27,096 bases of DNA from the IMG/VR virus record IMGVR_UViG_3300048574_000507, positions 1 to 27,096 of that record. One strand, 5' to 3'. Shown one piece after another: positions 22,438-27,096 of this stretch (position 1 is the stretch's first letter; every line of letters starts with the position of its first letter). A model generated the notes under the pieces. The model had not been told where the DNA came from. It ran no database searches and worked only from the letters and a program-made list of their open reading frames with translations. The translations under genes were made by a program, and so were the position numbers. The stretch comes from a virus (taxonomy: Duplodnaviria; Caudoviricetes).

Positions 22438-23975
22438 TGCCCGACTTCAAAATCAATATCACGACGGACGCGAGCTCGGCTGTGGCAGGGTCACAGCAGG
22501 CGGCGGCGGGCTTCGAGAAGACGGCGGCGGCCGTGGGGAAGGCGGCGGATGAATCGGAGCGGTATGAGCAGGCGCTGCAAAAGATGGCAGCGGCGCAGGC
22601 GGAGGCGCAGGGCAAAATAGCCTCTCCCGAAGACGAAGCCCTGATGGCCAAAGCGGCACAGCGCAAGGCTGAGAACACGGAGTTTTCACGCCTGGCTAAG
22701 GAGGCCAATGATGAGCTGGCGGGGTCGGTTAAGAATGTCACCAAAGAGGAGGTGGAGGCAGCGCTCAAGACCGATAAGCTGACCAGCAACAAGAAGGACC
22801 TGAAGGAGGTCATAAAAAATTTAACGCGGGACTATCCTCCGTTGCGTGCGGCTGCGCTGCTGTTCCTCAATCCCGTGACCGCTGCAGCGACTTTGGCGGC
22901 GGCGGCATTTGCGGCGATCAAGTCGCAGATTGACCAGTTGAACGAGAGTTTAACTACGTCGCAATGGGAGGGTTACGGGGAGGCGGTGAAGGCGCGGAAA
23001 GCGGATTTTGAGGCGGCTGCGATGGGTGCGGCCGCTTTCGCGCGGCAGATGCAAACGATCAGGGACGCGACGGAATCGGCGGCTACCGCGAGTGAAAAGG
23101 TGACGAGTGTTTTCAGGGCTCAGATGTCCGCCCAGGACAAGTTGGACGCAGCCCGCAAGGCGCTTGAGGTCTCGCAGGCGAATGGGGAAAAGGATCCGGT
23201 CCGCAAGGCGCGATCGCTATTGGAGATCGAGGAGCGGTATGCCACGCGCAAACTTAAGAGGGATGAAGAAACGAGCCGATTCGAGATCAATGAGCAGCAT
23301 CGACGACTGGGCAATGAGGTGGTGACCGCGATGATGGCGGAGACGGCGGTCAAAGCGGCCGAAAAGAAGGCGCAGTCGATGAAGACTGAAAGCCAGGTGG
23401 CCAAAGAGCTGGAGAACGCACGGCAACGCCTGGCGGATATTGAGGCGGAGCGCAATGCCAAACAGACGCGGCTTGATGCACTGAGTGGCCAGACTTTTCT
23501 CTATGGAACGCAAGACCGGCAGCGATACGTGCTGTATAATCAATTGCAGAGTTTGGAGCAACAGAAGGCATTACAGCAAGGGATCGTGGGGAAAATGGAG
23601 ACGCGCGGGGCGGACCAGATCAACGCCTGGCGTGGGAACCAGGAGTATATCGAGAACATGCGCGGTGCGGGGCGCAACGCGATGGAGCGGGCGAACGGGA
23701 TCCGCGCGATGCTGCCGACGCAGGAACGGGTAGCGGGGATTGAGAGTGAGGCTCGACTGGGCGAGGCGCGGCTAGGCTCGGCAACTCGATTGACGGAGGC
23801 TGGAAACCAGGCTGAAGGGATCTTGCAAAAGCAGGTGGAAGAGGTCATCAAGTCGCGGGAACTGGATAGGGCGGGGGCTGAGTTGTTGTTGAAGGAATTG
23901 CAGGAGACTCGGGTGTTTAAAGCGGAAACGCAGAAACAATTGAGGGAAGTCTTGGGCAGGCCGGGCTCAATCTAG
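22437..23975 (+). CDS. Tape-measure-like protein (512 aa)
   Basis: N-terminal FKINITTDAS, Ala/Glu/Lys-rich helical body, one hydrophobic segment (AAALLFLNPVTAAATLAAAAFAAI). Confidence 0.7.
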   Translation: MPDFKINITTDASSAVAGSQQAAAGFEKTAAAVGKAADESERYEQALQKMAAAQAEAQGKIASPEDEALMAKAAQRKAENTEFSRLAKEANDELAGSVKNVTKEEVEAALKTDKLTSNKKDLKEVIKNLTRDYPPLRAAALLFLNPVTAAATLAAAAFAAIKSQIDQLNESLTTSQWEGYGEAVKARKADFEAAAMGAAAFARQMQTIRDATESAATASEKVTSVFRAQMSAQDKLDAARKALEVSQANGEKDPVRKARSLLEIEERYATRKLKRDEETSRFEINEQHRRLGNEVVTAMMAETAVKAAEKKAQSMKTESQVAKELENARQRLADIEAERNAKQTRLDALSGQTFLYGTQDRQRYVLYNQLQSLEQQKALQQGIVGKMETRGADQINAWRGNQEYIENMRGAGRNAMERANGIRAMLPTQERVAGIESEARLGEARLGSATRLTEAGNQAEGILQKQVEEVIKSRELDRAGAELLLKELQETRVFKAETQKQLREVLGRPGSI

Positions 23976-23976
23976 T

Positions 23977-25959
23977 ATGGCAACCTATTGGACGATTCAG
24001 GCGGGGTCGGTGGAGAAAACTTTGGCCGATTGGGGCGTGAGCGAGGACATCGTTCTTGAGATCACAAATCTCGAAATGGGGGTGCTGACGGTACCGGTAC
24101 CAGGGGCGAGCATTACTGATGATGCACTCTGGGATTTCGAGGCTGCGATAACTCTGTGGCGGGGTCGGTCGCTCAGCGCGGGGGTGTTTAGCGGTGGCGC
24201 GCGCGAGTTCCAAGGGACGCGGCTACTGCATATCCTGGATGGCGCGCCGGAGTTTGAGGGGGTGACCTACCAGTTCGGGGATCCGTGGTACCATATTCGG
24301 AGCTGCCCGTACCAACAGACGATTTACCGCTATGACGGGGATCCTGAGGATCTCACGGAGATCATGCAATCGAGCGTGATTTTGCTCCAGAAGGTGACGG
24401 GCGCCGGCACGTGGATTTTGAGGAACACGGGGGAGCAGATCGGGGACATCCTGCAGCATGTGCTGGATCAGTATTCCGCGCAATCGCTGGCCGCGCCGTT
24501 TCAGATCGGGACGATAGACGTGGCGGTGAATCTCCCGACCTACCAGGCGCAGGATATAACGTGCGCTGAGGCTATAGAGTATTGCCTCCGGTGCAGCCCG
24601 GATGCGCGGGTGGTTTTTGATCATTCGACCGCTCCGCCCACGGTGATGGTGAAGTCGCGGGGGAATTGCACGCCGGCGAGCGTGGCGATCGCGGACGGGG
24701 TGAAGCATGAGTCGATTCGGTTGGTGCCGCGCTATGACCTGCAGGCGCGCAGCGTGGTGATCCTGTTCAAGCAGCAGCATACGGTCGACGAGACGGCATG
24801 GATCGAGGTGGTGAAGCAGAAGTACGGCCCCCACGGCGCGAACAGTGCGCTGGATCCGGACGGGGGGCTGCGGGTGGTGCTCCAGACGGTGGAGATGAGC
24901 GGCTTTTCGCGGACGAGTGTGGTGGGGTCGCTGGAAACAGAGGCGGTGTCGAATTCGTTCGACTGGTGGAAGAAACACGTTCCAGAGCTTCAAAGTGGTC
25001 GCGTGGTGCCTGATGTGTATTATCCACTCGTTGACGGCACGTTCCAAATTAAGGACGAAGCGGGCGTTGCCGTTGACCTGGCTGATTATCCTCGGAAGCT
25101 GAAGGACGGGCACATCTGCGAGTGGATGCGAATTGACGGGAATCCGATTTTGAGCAAACAGGTGACGATTTCGGTGCTGGCGGCTTACCAGGAGATGAGC
25201 GCGGTCTCGGACGGCTTTCCGTTTAGCCAGGTGAAGAACAAACTATTGACCGCGAAACTGACTTTAACGAATGGGGTGACGGGGACGTATTCGGCGACGG
25301 CATCGGGCGCGGAGGCTGAGGAGATCCCGACCGGGCTGGCGCAGTCGATTTATGAATCGCTCGCTACCCTGCAATACGACGGCCAGGTGACGCTTGTGGA
25401 GGCTGAGGTGAGCTCCGCGGTGGGGATGGCTAACACGCTGAATCTGACCGGGGGGCGCACCGAATGGGCTACGATGGCCGCGCAGATTAACTCGATTAAG
25501 CGGGAGTACGGCACTGGCCGAACGACGATCACGCTGGGCCCGGCCCGCCCGCTGAGCGCGAGCGATTTGACCAGGTTATTTCTGATCAATCGGGGGCGCC
25601 GGGTATGGTCGGATCCGGGCACGCAGGCGCGGGGGGCGGTGTCGGGTGGTGGGAAGGTGACACTAGCCAAGAATCTGCCGAAAGAGAACACCGCAGCGGG
25701 CTTACCAATGCACCAACTCTTCAGCGTGGCGGCGCCTCCAGCCACGGGGGCGGCGATGATCCGGCTGAAGGCGTACGATGAGCCGGAGATTTCAATGCGG
25801 AAATACGATGCCTCGACCGGGGCGCCGGTGGATGGGACGGGTGGAATCTCGGTAACACTGACGGCGTGCGGAGCGAGGGTGCTGACGGTGCGCGAGGTGC
25901 CGATCTGCATCGACAACACGCTGAAACACATGTTGGTGATCGGCACGGAACCGTATTGA
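23977..25959 (+). CDS. Putative tail tip/baseplate hub protein
   Basis: Follows the tape measure gene. Hub-like segments (IGDILQHVL, TCAEAIEYCLR, INSIKREYGTGRTTITLG). Confidence 0.65.
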   Translation: MATYWTIQAGSVEKTLADWGVSEDIVLEITNLEMGVLTVPVPGASITDDALWDFEAAITLWRGRSLSAGVFSGGAREFQGTRLLHILDGAPEFEGVTYQFGDPWYHIRSCPYQQTIYRYDGDPEDLTEIMQSSVILLQKVTGAGTWILRNTGEQIGDILQHVLDQYSAQSLAAPFQIGTIDVAVNLPTYQAQDITCAEAIEYCLRCSPDARVVFDHSTAPPTVMVKSRGNCTPASVAIADGVKHESIRLVPRYDLQARSVVILFKQQHTVDETAWIEVVKQKYGPHGANSALDPDGGLRVVLQTVEMSGFSRTSVVGSLETEAVSNSFDWWKKHVPELQSGRVVPDVYYPLVDGTFQIKDEAGVAVDLADYPRKLKDGHICEWMRIDGNPILSKQVTISVLAAYQEMSAVSDGFPFSQVKNKLLTAKLTLTNGVTGTYSATASGAEAEEIPTGLAQSIYESLATLQYDGQVTLVEAEVSSAVGMANTLNLTGGRTEWATMAAQINSIKREYGTGRTTITLGPARPLSASDLTRLFLINRGRRVWSDPGTQARGAVSGGGKVTLAKNLPKENTAAGLPMHQLFSVAAPPATGAAMIRLKAYDEPEISMRKYDASTGAPVDGTGGISVTLTACGARVLTVREVPICIDNTLKHMLVIGTEPY

Positions 25960-25962
25960 GCT

Positions 25963-27096
25963 ATGGACACGATTGGCGATTGTACCTGCCAGAATGTGGC
26001 TGAGTGGTTTACGTCGTCCGCCGTGCATGCGTTTTTAGGGGAAGCGGAGGTGACGCCGGCAATGCGGGGGACGAAGATCTGGGCACCGGGGTATTCCGCA
26101 GCATATGATGCGGTCAACACGGTGCTGCTGGGGGTGCACGCTGGCGGGCACCAGGTGCAGAGGGATCCCACGTCGAAGTTCAGTTGCACACGGTATTTGT
26201 CGATTGAATTCGATGTCACGTTTGAGCGTTACAAATCGACGACGACTGAGGACGGTCCGTGGGTGCTGAATTGGACCGGCCGCATTGTGCGCAATCAAAC
26301 CGTGGACCAGGATACCGGGCAGGTCTGCAGTGAGACGATGACGTTTACGGGTCCGGCTGGCACGGGGACGTATTCATGGGCGATGGACATGGGCACGGGG
26401 ACGGTGACGGAGTCTCAGGTGGACTACCCTAGCGAGGAGTGGTACGGGTTTGACATGGGCTGGCTTTACACAGCTAGCGCAACGGCGTCGCTGGGTGCGT
26501 CTGGGGGCACTGCGGAGAGGTGGACGGGGGCGCTGGGCGGCGGGGAGTTCATGACCTGGTATAAATACCACGAATCTGGAACGCTGACATTGAGCGGCCC
26601 CTACACGATTTTCGATGCTTGCGCCGACGCGATTGGGATGCTCGATGAGGTGCCGTTTACGTTGGGTGCAACCTACACTGACGAAACCGATACGGAGCGC
26701 ACGGTTGCCGACGGCACGGGCTGTCAGGCCTCGTGGGTGCCCGCAGTGGCAAACGTGAGCGGAAAGCACTTGGTTTTGCAGTACCTGGAGTATGGAATTA
26801 GCGTCAACACGATTGAAGCTCCATACGGGGTAAAAGAAGCTTCTTTTGGCAGCGCAACTACCCGCGTTGCAAAGTCCCGATTCAGGAATGCTGGAGACGA
26901 TGTTTACGGCATCAAGAACATGACGGTGCCATGCGCCGGGGGAGCGGATTCAACCGATACTACAAAGACCTGCACCTCGGACGTCTTTGAGGACACATCC
27001 ACGTGGAAAACAATCGACTGGACGCACCTCGCGACTGGCTACGGTTATTGCTATGTCAGCCCATGCAGCGCATGGCCTCTGGAGTGGTGGCCTTAG
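25963..27096 (+). CDS. Hypothetical distal tail protein (Thr/Trp/Cys-rich)
   Basis: Closely spaced after the hub gene. No signal peptide and no recognisable domain. Confidence 0.65.
   Translation: MDTIGDCTCQNVAEWFTSSAVHAFLGEAEVTPAMRGTKIWAPGYSAAYDAVNTVLLGVHAGGHQVQRDPTSKFSCTRYLSIEFDVTFERYKSTTTEDGPWVLNWTGRIVRNQTVDQDTGQVCSETMTFTGPAGTGTYSWAMDMGTGTVTESQVDYPSEEWYGFDMGWLYTASATASLGASGGTAERWTGALGGGEFMTWYKYHESGTLTLSGPYTIFDACADAIGMLDEVPFTLGATYTDETDTERTVADGTGCQASWVPAVANVSGKHLVLQYLEYGISVNTIEAPYGVKEASFGSATTRVAKSRFRNAGDDVYGIKNMTVPCAGGADSTDTTKTCTSDVFEDTSTWKTIDWTHLATGYGYCYVSPCSAWPLEWWP

Larger units (their letters stand above)
1..27096. mobile_element. Prophage/phage segment: Mu-like packaging and gene order, HK97-type head, siphovirus-like tail (ends not in window)
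   Basis: Contiguous terminase, portal, protease, capsid, adaptor, tail and tape-measure-like genes. Divergent regulator pair and leftward early genes. No host housekeeping genes seen. Confidence 0.95.

Noticed and set aside
23977-27096. Diversity-generating retroelement target or invertible tail-fibre segment
   Set aside because: No reverse transcriptase, adenine-variant repeat pair, invertase or flanking inverted sites seen in the window.

Overview
The whole window is part of a tailed prophage. It has a Mu-like (transposable-phage-type) gene order with a leftward early arm, as in the B3/BcepMu layout. From left to right it contains: small early genes on the minus strand; a divergent pair of paralogous ribbon-helix-helix regulators; two exported accessory genes; a structured late leader; an atypical lysis/membrane block; Mu gp25/26/27/28-like packaging genes; an HK97-type head (portal fused to a Mu gpF-like domain, prohead protease, major capsid); and a non-contractile tail module. 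The most unusual feature is that five proteins embedded in the head and tail operon start with classical Sec-type signal peptides and are enriched in the Thr-Asn dipeptide, and the major capsid carries a basic, hydrophobic N-terminal leader. This suggests a virion partly built from exported or membrane-tethered parts. Several short repeat families also sit at gene junctions and in frame inside the portal gene, including a 70-nt hairpin pair with five compensatory base-pair changes. No transposase, integrase, tRNA, CRISPR array or reverse transcriptase is visible. A Verrucomicrobiota-like host is only an inference. All family assignments come from motif recognition by eye, not from database searches.
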